32,000 bases of DNA from Raphidiopsis brookii D9 (GCA_000175855.1 ACYB01000036.1:35497-67496); one strand, 5' to 3'; positions 19,673 through 31,838 are shown, counted from the first letter of the stretch. Made by a program: numbers and translations. The notes: generated by a model from the sequence alone, not told the origin.

Positions 19673-22600
19673 CTATAAGTGGGCAAGTTTTTTTATGTTC
19701 TCTCTCCATTCCTCGTTGTATTTCAATACCAGTACTTGGTACTTTGTCTCCCTCCTCACCTTTTCTCTCTTTCTTTTGTCTTCTCTTTTCTGCTCTTCTG
19801 TGTCATGCACAGACCCATCACAAAAAATGGCAATTTTGTCTATGTATACAAAGTCTGCTTCACAATCAGTCCCTGGTATTAAAAATTGCGCAGCATCGGG
19901 CATTCTATATCCTCTTTCGTAAATCTCTTTTATCACTTCCCTCTCTAACTCAGATCTCCTATCCGTCTGTAAATACAGTGTTTCAAATTCTTTCTCTCTG
20001 TCCATCTCCCTTTCTCTCTCTAAATAACTCTCCTTAATCTCTTCTAACAGTTCTTTTATTAAATGTCGGTTGATTAAGTTATGCTCATTCTGATTTCTAT
20101 AAGAAAGCAGGCACTGGTAACAAGCATAAACACAATCCTCTTTCGGTTCGTAAAAATGACAAATGTCTAGTGCTTTCTCCGCTATTTTATTCAGGTGTTG
20201 TTTATCTTGTAAAATCTGGGATAAAACTCCCGCTCCCCCCTCCGCAGCTTCCCAAAATAGTAGATATTTACCATTCCCCATTTTTTCTGAGTCTAGTTCA
20301 TTCGGTTCTAAGTTATAATGCTCTTGTATTCCTCTCTCTAAAGCATATTGCAGGCTTGTCATTATTGTCTCTGTGTCTTCTCTATTCTCACTTTTCCCCT
20401 GGTCTATGGTGTCTATTTTTGATTCCTCTGCTTCTTTAATTAATTCAATAATTAATATGTTACAAGTAATATTCACCATCAGAAAAATGTCACTTTTGGT
20501 TGTAGTGCTATTTTTCCCTATTTCTTCTTTATTCTCTTCATTCTCATTACTTATCCATTTGCCTGTTTGCGTATCTAAACAAAATCCTTGGTCTTTCTTT
20601 TTTGCTGACCCTCTATTAATTCTCGATATGCTCGCTGTCGCTCCATAAGTCAGTTTTAACAGATTCTTCCCCTCTTTGGTTTTTATTATTACCGTCTTTT
20701 TGTTCCCTTCACTATAACAAAAATGAGTGGTTATGTTATATCCATATTTTAATCTCTCTTCTTCATCACAAGTAATTCTTTGCTTTTTCTGAGTATATAC
20801 TGTATCCATGGATAGAATTTGATTAACTTTAGCACGTTCATTTTTATCTGAGTATGCTTTAATATCTCTTTCGCAATTTTCACACCAGTCTTTAGTATCA
20901 ATATTATAAATATAACCACAGTTAAAGCATACTGTTGCTCTCTGATATTGATTTTCTATACCACCGAGGATTTTACTCCTGGAGATCATGAATTTATCCC
21001 CCTCATGATAAATTATGTTCCGAGGAGCAAATTCTCTCAGAGCAACCGAACGCAGTCGAGAAATAAATTCACCCCCTGTTGGTTATTAATAAACGCCCGC
21101 ACCGGTAAACGGGGAAAATTAAACCCTGGTAAAAATCCCTCAGCAGCAAAGTAACGATAGGGATAAAATTCATTTTGTTGATTATTTCTACTGTTCCCCC
21201 CTATTAATAATTCCATCTGTCTTTTTGCCTCCTTTTCCTGTCTTTCATAGTCATCTGCTTCTGTTTTCCCTTGTAAATACTTATCCCTTTTTTTTGTCGC
21301 TTCTTCTAATTGTGCTTTTGCACTTTGGTAAAGTTTTCTCCACCTTTCACAGTGTTGATTAAACGCACTAGGTGCATTTTCTATAATCCCTTCTACCCAG
21401 TCTTTTATATACCAGTTGGTCTGTCTCAAGTCTTCTTGACAAAACTCGTCCGCTAAAATTTCCTCACAGGCTTTCACACAACTCTCAAATTTACTTACCT
21501 GCCTAAACTCATCACCACTCTTTCTGTCGTGATTATTAAACTCACTTACAGTCTTCCTAAGATTTATTCTTTCTATTATGTCATCCCGAAGTGGATAGTC
21601 CTTATCTCCCAGTTCTAAAATATTGGTCATAGAATCCCCCAAATATATTCCCGTATGAGCTAACCATATAGAATAAATGTGGGATTTAATTAAATCTTCA
21701 TTGCCTAGTTCTATTTTTGGCGGTGCTACTATACCAGATACCATTTGGGATTGTCTATGAAAAAAGTATTGGTCATGTCCACTACTATTGGAAGCATAAG
21801 TAATTACTAAGGCTTCTTGTCCACTTCTCCCTGCTCTTCCACTTCTCTGTGCATAATTAGCTGGATTAGGTGGAACATTACGTAAATGTACCACACTTAA
21901 ATCAGAAATATCTATTCCTAATTCCATTGTAGGTGAGCAAAACAAACTCCCTAAAATCCCCTGTCTAAATTTCTCTTCCCGCTCCTGACGCACTTGACTA
22001 GAAACCTGTCCCGTATGTTCTCTACCCTCTATTGTTTGAATCTCTCTAGCATGATTCTGGTAGAAGTTTTGAAAGAAACTGTTAACCGTAATTTTATTTG
22101 GTTCTGTATCTTTTAATCCCTTAAATGATAGAATATCTACCGGAATTTCTGCCTTTTGGGCAGATTTCCAAATCAAACAGTCAACTCGCAATTGTATTTC
22201 TAACGGCGTTAAATCCGAGTTAGAGTTAGCCTTACTTTTTTTCGTTAAAATTCCAACATTAATTAAAGCAAGAATTAAACACCTAATTAAATCATTGTAC
22301 TCAGATTCACATAAATCCGTACTACGACCAGACCAGTTATCACAGGAACGTAAAAACTTACCCAATTTACTGTAAGCAGTCAGTTTTACCCTAGTTTCAT
22401 CATTGGTTTGCTTAGAAGTAGAATCACCAGTTTTGTTTAGCACTGCCCACCTAGCCATCTTCGGCTTTTCATCAGGCTCAAAAGCCCATGGATCCTTTAT
22501 AGCTTGATTAACATTTCGTACCAGACTATCCTGTTTATCCCTCTGCAATAAAATTGCATCCATAGCCAATTCCCTTCTTAAAAGGTCCAGTAGCACAACA

Positions 22601-24918
22601 CAGGCCTTGTATCTTTCAGAAAAACTAGCTTCTAAAAGAACAACATGGCTATGCTTTTGCCAAACCTCCTTGTTACGACAAGCCTCCTCTAGTCCATCAT
22701 ATTCAATCTCTAACAGTCCACATTGCTCCAAATTCGGTTGTACAATTCGCCATCCCCGTCGCAAGTCTTGGTATAGTCGATACTCTATTAATTGGGCAAA
22801 AGCATTTTCATTTCTTCTTCTACCATTGTCAAACTCCACCACCTCCTTAGCGTAGTCACCTTGAGACAGATTCATTTGCTTAATTACAGCAGAAACTAGA
22901 CTTCCGTGCCTTAGTTCCCCCTCCGCTTGCAGAGCACCTAACAAAGCACCCCTTAAAAAACTGGTTTGAACAAAATCATTAAAATGTCCTGCTTGTAAAG
23001 AAGCATCTTGACGATTATCAGTAAAACTCAGGATTTTAGCAGCTTTCGCCTTTTCCCCTTTGAAAATGCTTTTCAACCGGGTAACAGTGGATAAACATAA
23101 GAGCGTAGTTGCCGTACTTCTTCCTTCACTGCTTAAACTAGATAGTTTAGAAAACTCATTCTTATGACCAGAATGAAAAGTTCCACAATGTAAACAAAAC
23201 CTAAAAGGGTGAGGAACAAACCAACAGGTATTCCCCTCTAGCAGGGAACCTATCTTCCCAGATGGTAATATTTGCAGTGATTGGGGGACAAAACGTTCAT
23301 AATCTTTTTTTATTTCCCTTCCCCTCCTTTTCGTTTCTTTGAACCAGCTATCGGGTAATTTTTCTCGGTCCTGTGGATCATGCCAAAGATTAGGTCGATT
23401 TAGGATTAGGTAACCTGAGATTTTTGGGTCCTCCGAAACCTCATCATCAAAACTACGGGGGAAAATGCCTTCATTTGGTAAGTAATTAACCAAGTAATAA
23501 TCCTGTCCACATTCCCGGCAAAACACTAGGGGAAAAAGTAGCCGATTTTCAGTGGTGGAATATTGACCATCAAGGGTTAAAACTCGATACTCGGGATTTT
23601 CAATAGTAGAGTACACATTTCCCGCTTGTGAGATAAATTGATGCAATCGAAAAGTTAATCCTTTCACCCTACTTCCCCATAAAAACATCTCTTGAATGAT
23701 GTCTAAACAAGTCTCTTGAGGAATTTGTGTTTCGTCAGCTAAAAGTTTGGCTCCTGCTTCTAAAGTAATAGGCGTACGTCTTACTAACACATGTCGTTTA
23801 TTCTCTTGTTTATCTTCTTCTTTTCCCCTCTCTAATGTGTGTTCTAATACTTCATCTAGTCCAAAAGTTGTTTCCATCCAATAGCTGAGGGGATGAGCCT
23901 TAAACTCTTCTATAGTTTGCTGTGAAGTTTCTGATAATCCTTCAATAATGCTAGTACGTAACTCTTCAACCGTAGGTTTATGTCTGACTATAGAGCGTTG
24001 TAAAGATTCAGTGATGACATTTTGTTGGAGAATTTGTTTACCGAATATTTTACTGGCTACATTAGCTACTACTTGACGACGACTCACAAGAGAGTTTTCC
24101 GTAGACATAGTAGCACTAGTACCAATATATAATAAATCTTGACCACAGCGCTGGCGTAACTTACGGATAAGAATAGCCACATCAGCACCTTGACGACCTC
24201 GATAGGTATGTAATTCATCAAGGACCAGAAATTTTAAGTGAGGGGAACTGACTAATTTTTCTTCATGCGTGCGAGAGAGCATCAGTTCCAGCATTACATA
24301 ATTAGTCAGGAGGATGTGGGGGGGATTATTTTGGATTTCATTCTTGGTTTGTAAACTTTCTTGTCCCGTATATTTAGCAATGCGGATAGGGGAATTGGGT
24401 ACATTAGCAAGAAACTTATTTAATTCTTCCTCTTGGGAATTAATTAGAGCATTCATAGGATAAACTAGAATTGCCCTCACACCTTTTATTTCAGGATTAT
24501 GGAGCAAATCATTAAATATAGGAACAATATAAGTCATACTTTTCCCCGAACCCGTTCCCGTTGTTAACACATAGGATTGACAAGTTTGTGCCACCTCAAA
24601 AGCCCGTTTTTGGTGGAAATGAAAATGAAAAGGTTGGTTATTTTTAGAGAAATAGGCAATACACTCAGGATGGAGGAGACCTTTATCTACCAATTCAACT
24701 ACTGTTGCTCCTGGTGTATATTGGGGATTTAGTTGTAGTAAGGGAGAATTCCAAAATTTTCCACTAGTTAGTTCCTGATTGACAAATTCTTCAACTCGTT
24801 GATCCTGAATTTTTAAAAAACTTTTTATGTAGCGGTGATAGTCATCAACTATCTCTTGACGGAATTGAAAAATATCTAGAAAGTTAGGGAAATAGTGAGG
24901 GTGGTTCATTGATTTCAT
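19673..24918 (-). pseudogene. Giant DEAD/DEAH-box helicase with C-terminal DUF1998-like zinc domain (DrmA/DrmB- or DruE/MrfA-like), split by a single-base frameshift
   Basis: ORF 21037..24918 (1293 aa): Walker A TTGTGSGKS, DELH box, GTSATMS, C-terminal helicase NPANYAQRSGRAGRSGQ, Cys pairs CRECG and CLHCG. ORF 19673..20989 (438 aa): CFNCGYIY...CENC, EGGAGVL, DCVYACYQCLLSYRNQ. Adding one base at 21072-21076 joins VRAFINNQQG to GEFISRLRSVALREFAPRNIIYHEGDKFMISRSKILGG. (5246+1)/3 = 1749 codons. Confidence 0.88.
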
Positions 24919-24967
24919 TATTGGGTAATAGGGGTGGTTTTGGGTTTATTAAAGGGAAGGGAGAGGT

Positions 24968-27900
24968 TTAAAACAACCTATCCCAGGCTTGTAAAATCAA
25001 CCGTTGAGTTTTATACTCACCATACATTTTCAGCTCATTATTTTTAAGCACTCTAAAAGACTCACTGGGAAAATCAGAACCGTAGATATCCGTAGGGTCT
25101 AGAATGTAACGCATTTCATCACGAGAAAGATTATGGAGTTTACCATAATAAGCATCTAATTCAGCCCTAATTAAGGCTCTTCTCTCTATGTTCCAAAAAA
25201 AAGGTTCACCCTCATATCCCATCTCCAGAGCAAAAGGACGCATATCCCAGGTTGTGTATACTAATTCTAATACCCGGGGAGTAATATATTCTATATCTTT
25301 TTGGGTGTATCTTTCTGGGGGAATTATTGGTAGTTGTTTAACTATGAAAAAGTTAAGATGGGTGCTACCAACTTTTTGGCGGGTTACATAATCAAATACT
25401 AAGCTACTAAGATTAGCCACTAAACAAGAAACTAAACTAGTTTTTTCTAAAATTATTATTGGTGCACTATTACCAACCCCAACCCTAGGTAACAAACTAA
25501 AAATAGCGGTACGTTGATCAGTTGCACGACAGATATCTCTAAATGCTAAAAACCAACTGTGATCCCACTTTCCTGCTAACTTCTGGTCAACTTCTGTTTT
25601 ATCAACCCAATACCGTGGGAAACAAACAAAAGAAGGATCTTTCTTTTCGTCCTCTGTTAAATCTCTCATATCTCCACTGGAGGTATAAGTTCCCCACCGG
25701 TGATCAAACTGGTGAAACATCTTAGCTTCATATAATGGCACTAAACTATCACCCTTCTCATTTTTAAATACTCCACTATCATTTGCCATGTCAAACATCC
25801 TCATAAATGAAATTCCCCAGGGGTTAATTCCCGTCTTTTCATTTTCTATTACCGGTAGTTGGTGGTAGATTTTTTTTGTTAATTGTGCATCCTCACTAGT
25901 TCTAAATACTGGACATGTTAACGTGTTGGGGTTAATTAGAGCAATTTCTTCTGCTTTTAAGTTAAATACTCTGTTTTTTTCTTCCAGTTGTTTCGTTCTA
26001 CTCAAGAAAAATCCAAATCTGCTTTCTTCCGTTCTTCTCTTACTTATACCTAGTAAACAAAATTTATAACTGCGATGAACAGCTATAAATATTGCTTCTC
26101 TATTTTCAAAGTCATAAAGACTCGCCAAATGCTGTTGTTTAACCAAATCACCAAAAACATTTTACAAGTGTCATCTGTAGCAATACCAGTCGGTACTATT
26201 ATTCCCACCCTTCCATCTTCCTTGATTAAATTTCTCGCTGTTTCCGCAAAAATTGAGTAAGTATTAACATCACCCACAGCAGTTAAAGGGAATCTCCCTG
26301 ACTCCCGAATAAATTTATTTTGGGCTTCCGCATCATGACTCGCCTGTTCAAATTCTTGAGCCAGTTGGGGATTTTTTTGGGGTAATTCCTTAATCAGTTT
26401 CTCCCTAGCTGCCTTATTCTTTGCTGTAGCTATTTCATTGCTCCGTGATGCAAAAAATTCTTTCTGCTGGATTTTTATTCTCTCCCAGGGGGATTACCTA
26501 ATACACAATCAAAACCTCCATTTTTAAAAACTTCTGGGAATTCTAATTGCCAATGAAAAAAGTGATATTTTTTAGCGAGTTCATTACTGTTTTTTATTAT
26601 TTCTGCTGAACTTAAATTTCCTTTCAACAGTTCCATTAAAATCGAATTAGTAGGCAATAACTCTAAAGTTTTCTCCGTTACAGATATAAAAAAAGCTGCC
26701 GTCCATAAATTACATGCAGAGTAATCACTCCACATATCACTTCTCAGCTCTTCATATTTGCTGGACTTTTCTTTAATCGACTCAGGATCAATCTCACTTA
26801 CTTCCCCCAGCACCTCAGCTTTCTCCATATATTCTTCCCTCGTCTCCTCTCTTTCTTCAAACCATGGCATCACCAATTGTAAAGACCCTAACTCCCTTTT
26901 ATTTCTCTTTTTTACACCAGTGACGATTTTTTTATCATCCCCACTTATAGCCTTAAAAGCACCATCTGGTATTCCTTCTTCTAAACATTCTAGATCTAAT
27001 ACTCCCACCAACGAATTCCCACATTTTATCCGATGATCTAAAAAGTTTAGGGGTTTTCCACTACAGAAACCTTCTATCCATAATCCCACCTTGCATAAAT
27101 CTACTGCTAAGGGATTGATATCTACCCCATAAATACAATTTTGTATCACCTCCCTAATTGCTTCCCTTAACGACGAAGCACCAGGTTGAATATCTCCCGT
27201 TCTGATTTTTGCCAATTCCTTACCCAATCTTCTTGCTGCTGCTAATAAAAAATGTCCTGACCCACAAGCAGCATCCACCACCTTTATACTCAGTATTGCT
27301 CTTTCTTGTGTCTTCTCATTTTCCTGCGCCATTTTTTCTTTAATTACTGGCTCCAAAGCCGTTTTTATTAATTCTTGTACCAAGCTAGGTGGCGTATAAT
27401 AAGAACCAGTTGTTTTTCTTTCACTACTAATATCCACAACTAATTTAAAACTAGAGTTATACTTATCCAGAGTTATTTGGGGATGAAAGTCCAATAAACT
27501 TTCATAAACACTACCCAACTCCTCCACATCCAAAGCCCCATAATTTACCTTTCGTATTTGTCCATTTTCATAATACAGAGATAAACAACGCAAGGCATTT
27601 AATAAGTGAGAATTATCAATAGAACTTGTTTCCAAAAGTGTTAAACTTTCAGAACCAAATAGGTCACCATTTAATGGCGATAAGTCTAACATACTTCCTC
27701 GCCATTTTTCATCGAATAATTTAAAAGTTATACATAAACCACACCATAAATCCTGAAAACTTTCAGTTCCTGAAGGCAATATTTCTGCTAAAACCCTTAA
27801 CCTTTGTATACTATAATACCGATTATAAATTTTACCTTTTTCCGATTCCGAATCCAATAAAAGTAAATTACGCGATTCTGCAACCATCAGAAATAACAGA

Positions 27901-28840
27901 CGATAAATTAACCTTAATAATTGGCGATAAAGGTTTTGGTCACCTGATGGTCCATGTAATTTTTGGCGCAGAGAATCATTATCCCAATGTTGTAAGAATC
28001 CATTCCCTAAATATTCCAGTGCTTTTTCCACTCCATCTCTGAGTTTCTCTCTAACCCTCCCCCCCTCTTCTAATCCTTTTTGATAATAATCTTCCAGTAA
28101 ACATGTTTCCGGATTTTCACTAGAAATTGGCAATCTAGATCTATGAAATAGTCGATAGAATAGACTGAATTCAGCAAAATTTTCATCTTGAATAATCTGT
28201 TCTAAATTAAACTCTATATAGCTTAATCTAGTTAGTAAAGAAGAGTCACGCAATAAACGCCAACGAATACCATTTGACGCGATCGCCCAGAGATGTTCAG
28301 TAGCGTTGAGGTATTCTTGAACTAAACTATGAGCGGAAATGCGGGAAGATCTAGTAATAGGTTCACTATTGGATGTAGTGGTAGAGCGTTTAGGGAGTTT
28401 TTCTAGTTCTTGACGACAACCGATAATATGAATAGGGAGGAAAGAAAAAATAGCTTCAGGGTCATAAGGAACAGGAACAGCGCGATGGGAGATAGAATAG
28501 GGAGTTGAGCCAACCATTTCCCTCTTACCACAGGGGACAACCTGGTAACCAAGAGTCCGCAAAAGCGGTAACGCTAACATTTCTCGAGTTACCGAAGTAG
28601 CAGAATCCGTAGAGGAAAGTCTTTCACTTTGTCGTTTAAAGGCATACCAGTAGGCTTTAACATCTCCCCAAGCGACAGCTAATTCATCCTCAATTCTGAT
28701 TCCTTGAGGAAGACCAAAATCTTCTGGTAACTGACCCTTATAAGAAGGTTCAAGGATTGAATTGAGGATATCAGGAATCAGTAAGTTACCATGAAGACCA
28801 CTCCGGATAAAGTAGACTTAGCTGTTCTGGGTGAGGGCAT
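24968..28840 (-). pseudogene. Large class I N6-adenine DNA methylase (Eco57I/DrmMI-like), interrupted by three single-base frameshifts
   Basis: ORFs 26475..28580, 26083..26277 and 24968..26146. Motif I VVDAACGSGHFLLAAARR; motif IV NPP-W split by a frameshift. Continuous protein restored by one base at 28809-28811, 26488-26492 and 26153-26157. (3873+3)/3 = 1292 codons; restored start ATG at 28840 (MPSPRTAKSTFIRSGLHGNLLIPD...). Confidence 0.88.
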
Positions 28841-28923
28841 AACACTAACAAAATAGTCAAATTATGATTATAACATATTGAAAATGGTATTTAACAAATA
28901 ATCTTGGTACATTGGAGGAAAAA
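28841..28923. promoter_or_regulatory. Divergent intergenic promoter region between methylase (-) and SNF2 helicase (+)
   Basis: Short AT-rich gap between divergent starts; GGAGG at 28914-28919 precedes ATG 28924. No experimentally defined promoter elements. Confidence 0.45.
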
Positions 28924-31780
28924 ATGGAAATAGGATCTATAGTTAACTGTCGTCAGCGCCAATGGGTGAGCATACCCAGTGAAGACCCGGAAATTAGTTT
29001 ATTAAAACCCTTAAGCGGAAATGAGCAGGAAATAATAGGTATATATAAAAAATTGAATTTGGAAGAACCCACACCAGATAAATTTCCTCAACCCAATCCA
29101 GAATACATAAAAGACCATCAAAGAGCTTGTCTTTTAATGGATGCTACAAGACACTTGCTACGTAGTGGTGCTGGTCCTTTTCGTTGTTTTGGGAGAATTT
29201 CCTTTCGTCCTCGTCCTTATCAAATAGTTCCCCTATTAATGGCCCTGCGACAAGAAACAGTCAGATTATTGATTGCAGATGATGTAGGTATAGGAAAAAC
29301 AATGGAAGCTGGATTAATTGCCCGGGAATTATTAGACCGTGGCGAAATCGAGCGCATTGCAGTTTTATGTCCTCCTCACCTATGTGACCAATGGCAAAGG
29401 GAATTACTGACTAAATTTCATATAAAAGCTACAGTAATCCGCTCAGGAACTGCAAATAAATTAGAGCGAGAAAACCCCACAACCAAATCTATTTTTGAGT
29501 TTCATCGTCATATAATAGTCAGCTTAGACTATGCAAAAATGGAAAAAAGAAAAGCAAGTTTTATTTTGCATTGTCCTGACCTTGTAATTATAGATGAAGC
29601 TCATACTTGTACCATAGCTAATGCGCAAAATAGAAGAGAACAACAAAGATATCAAATAGTATCAGAAATTGCTAAAAACCCTTAACCCATTTATTATTAG
29701 TAACAGCGACCCCCCATAGCGGAATTGAAGAATCCTTTTTATCTCTTTTAGGATTATTAAAACCGGAATTTTCCCAGTATCCCCTAGAAAATCTAACAGA
29801 ATTGCAAAAACAGGACCTAGCCAATCATTTTATTCAACGACGCAGGTCCGACGTAAAACAGTGGTTAGGTAGCCAAACCCCATTTCCAGAGAGAGTTTCA
29901 GAGGAAAAATCCTACAAACTTTCCCCGAATACAAAACTCTTTTTGATGCAGTTTATGATTTTGCCACAGGACTAATTAAAAATACCACCGAAGATATGAC
30001 TTATAATCAGAGGAGAGGTCGGTACTGGTCAGCACTAGCCTTAATTCGTTGTGTAATGTCCTCACCTGCTGCTGCCATAGCTACCTTAGAGCGTAACTCA
30101 GCAAATCTAGATAACCTTGAAGAATCACAGCAAGAAAATGATTATGAAATTGATAATCAACTAATGAGCGCCTATGTTTATGATACCACAGAAGTAGAGC
30201 AATCAGTAGACACTGCGCCCAGTATAGTAATTGAACAGGGGAAACAGAGCTATAAACCAGGGGATAAAAGAAAAATAAAAAGTTTTATTGAAGCTGCGAG
30301 AAAGATAGAAGAGAAGAAAGACCAAAAACTCATTACCTGTTCCATGTACGTGCAGGAGCTATTAGAGAATAATTATAATCCCATAATATGGTGTCGATAT
30401 ATAGCCACAGCCCAATACCTAGCCAAAAACTTGCGAGAAAAACTAGAGAATCAGAATAAAAAAGACGATAACACCAGAGTTATTGCCATAACCGGTAATC
30501 TTTCTGAAGAAGAGAGAGAAATTAGATTAACAGAATTAAAAAACTATAGTCGAAGAGTACTAGTAGCCACAGATTGTTTAAGCGAAGGGATAAACCTACA
30601 AACTCATTTTAGTGCTGCAATCCACTATGATTTACCTTGGAATCCGAACAGATTAGAACAAAGGGAAGGGAGAATTGACCGTTATGGACAGACTGCACCG
30701 ATAGTAAAAAGTTGCTTATTATATGGTAGAGACAATCCAGTGGATGGTGCAGTTTTAGATGTTTTAATTCGTAAAGCAGTAGAGATTCATAAGACCTTAG
30801 GAATTACAGTACCCATTCCCATAGAAAGTGCAAACATTGCAGAAACCATATTTAAATCCCTATTTGACAGAAATAATTATGGGAAACAACTATCATTATT
30901 AGACTTATTAAGTGACGAAGAATCAGGAACCGACAACCTATCAAAACAGTGGGATAGAGCAATAGAAAAAGAGAAAATTAGTAGAACCAGATTTGCACAA
31001 AGAGCCATCAACCCAGGAGAAGTAGAGAGAGAACTATGGGAATTAGACATAGCACTAGGTTCACAAAAAGAAGTAGAGAGATTCATTATAAATGCTTTTT
31101 CCGCCATGAATTGTAGCTTAATTAAAGAGAAAGACACATGGTTATTACCGAAAAAATCATCTGATTTTAAAAACAGATTAAGATTAGAAGAAGAACTAGA
31201 TAGTATTAAGAGAATCAGTTTTAGTGTACAGACAAGAGAAGGGATAGAGTACGTAGATAGGAATCACATTTTAGTTGAGAGAACAGCAACTCATATTTTA
31301 GAGACTGCCTTAGGGGACATGAATCATAGTTTAGCCAGTAGATGTAGCTTTACAATTACTGATATAATTGAGAAGAGAACCACATTATTATTATTAAGAT
31401 TAAGACATTTAATAAAAACTAGAAAAAGGAGCAAGAGAGAAATGATAGAATACCATGAATTTTTAGGAGAAGAATGTCTTCTAATAGGATTTTGTGGTTC
31501 ACCGGAAAACCCTGAATGGTTGGAAGATAGGAAAGCGATAGAATTAATTGAAGGAATAAAAGTAACAGGAATAGGGATTGATCCGAAACAGGAGATAGAA
31601 GACTTTTTAGGAGAATTCAACGAGATAGAGAGAGAACTAGAAAAAATTGCCAACCAGAGAGCGCATAAATTATGGGAAAGTCATCAGAGAGTGAGAAAAA
31701 TTACCAAAGAAATACCTGTAACTGTGGAACCAAGAATCCCCATGGACTTATTAGGAGTGTACATTTTGCATCCTAGCTAG
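28924..31780 (+). pseudogene. SNF2-family helicase (DISARM DrmD-like), interrupted by two single-base frameshifts
   Basis: ORF 28912..29685: LIADDVGIGKTMEAGLIARELL, LVIIDEAHTC. Unlisted middle frame: HLLLVTATPHSGIEESFLSLLGLLKPEFSQYPLENLTELQKQDLANHFIQRRRSDVKQWLGSQTPFPERVSEEKSYKLSP. ORF 29996..31780: VLVATDCLSEGINLQ...HYDLPWNPNRLEQREGRIDRYGQ. Repair sites ~29682 and ~29923-29926. (2857+2)/3 = 953 codons. Confidence 0.87.
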
Positions 31781-31804
31781 AAAATTAAGAGACCTAGGGA
31801 ATGT

Positions 31805-31838
31805 GTTTACGAAGTACTCCCTACGCGAGATCGCACTT
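31805..31838. repeat. 34-bp direct repeat, copy 1: gtttacgaagtactccctacgcgagatcgcactt
   Basis: Exact match to 31917..31950. Confidence 0.9.

Noticed and set aside
19644-20648. Plus-strand track ORFs (19644, 19663, 19679, 20170, 20373)
   Set aside because: Antisense to the DUF1998-domain coding region; low-complexity Ser/Leu/Phe-rich translations typical of reverse-complement artefacts.
22607-22855. Plus-strand ORF inside the helicase, and similar ones at 25188, 25543, 26758
   Set aside because: Fully antisense to strong coding sequence, with no RBS or domain features.
19673-24918. Interpretation as a standard adjacent drmA + drmB pair
   Set aside because: The DNA between the two ORFs is coding in the downstream frame with no stop before the annotated Met, so a single split gene explains it better.
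30877-31653. Minus-strand ORFs 30877..31137 and 31324..31653
   Set aside because: Antisense to the C-terminal region of the SNF2 helicase; Ser/Asn/Leu-rich, no motifs.
19673-31780. BREX assignment
   Set aside because: There is an adenine methylase, but no recognisable pglZ phosphatase, brxC/pglY P-loop ATPase, brxL or brxA-B. Two large helicases fit DISARM-like architecture better.
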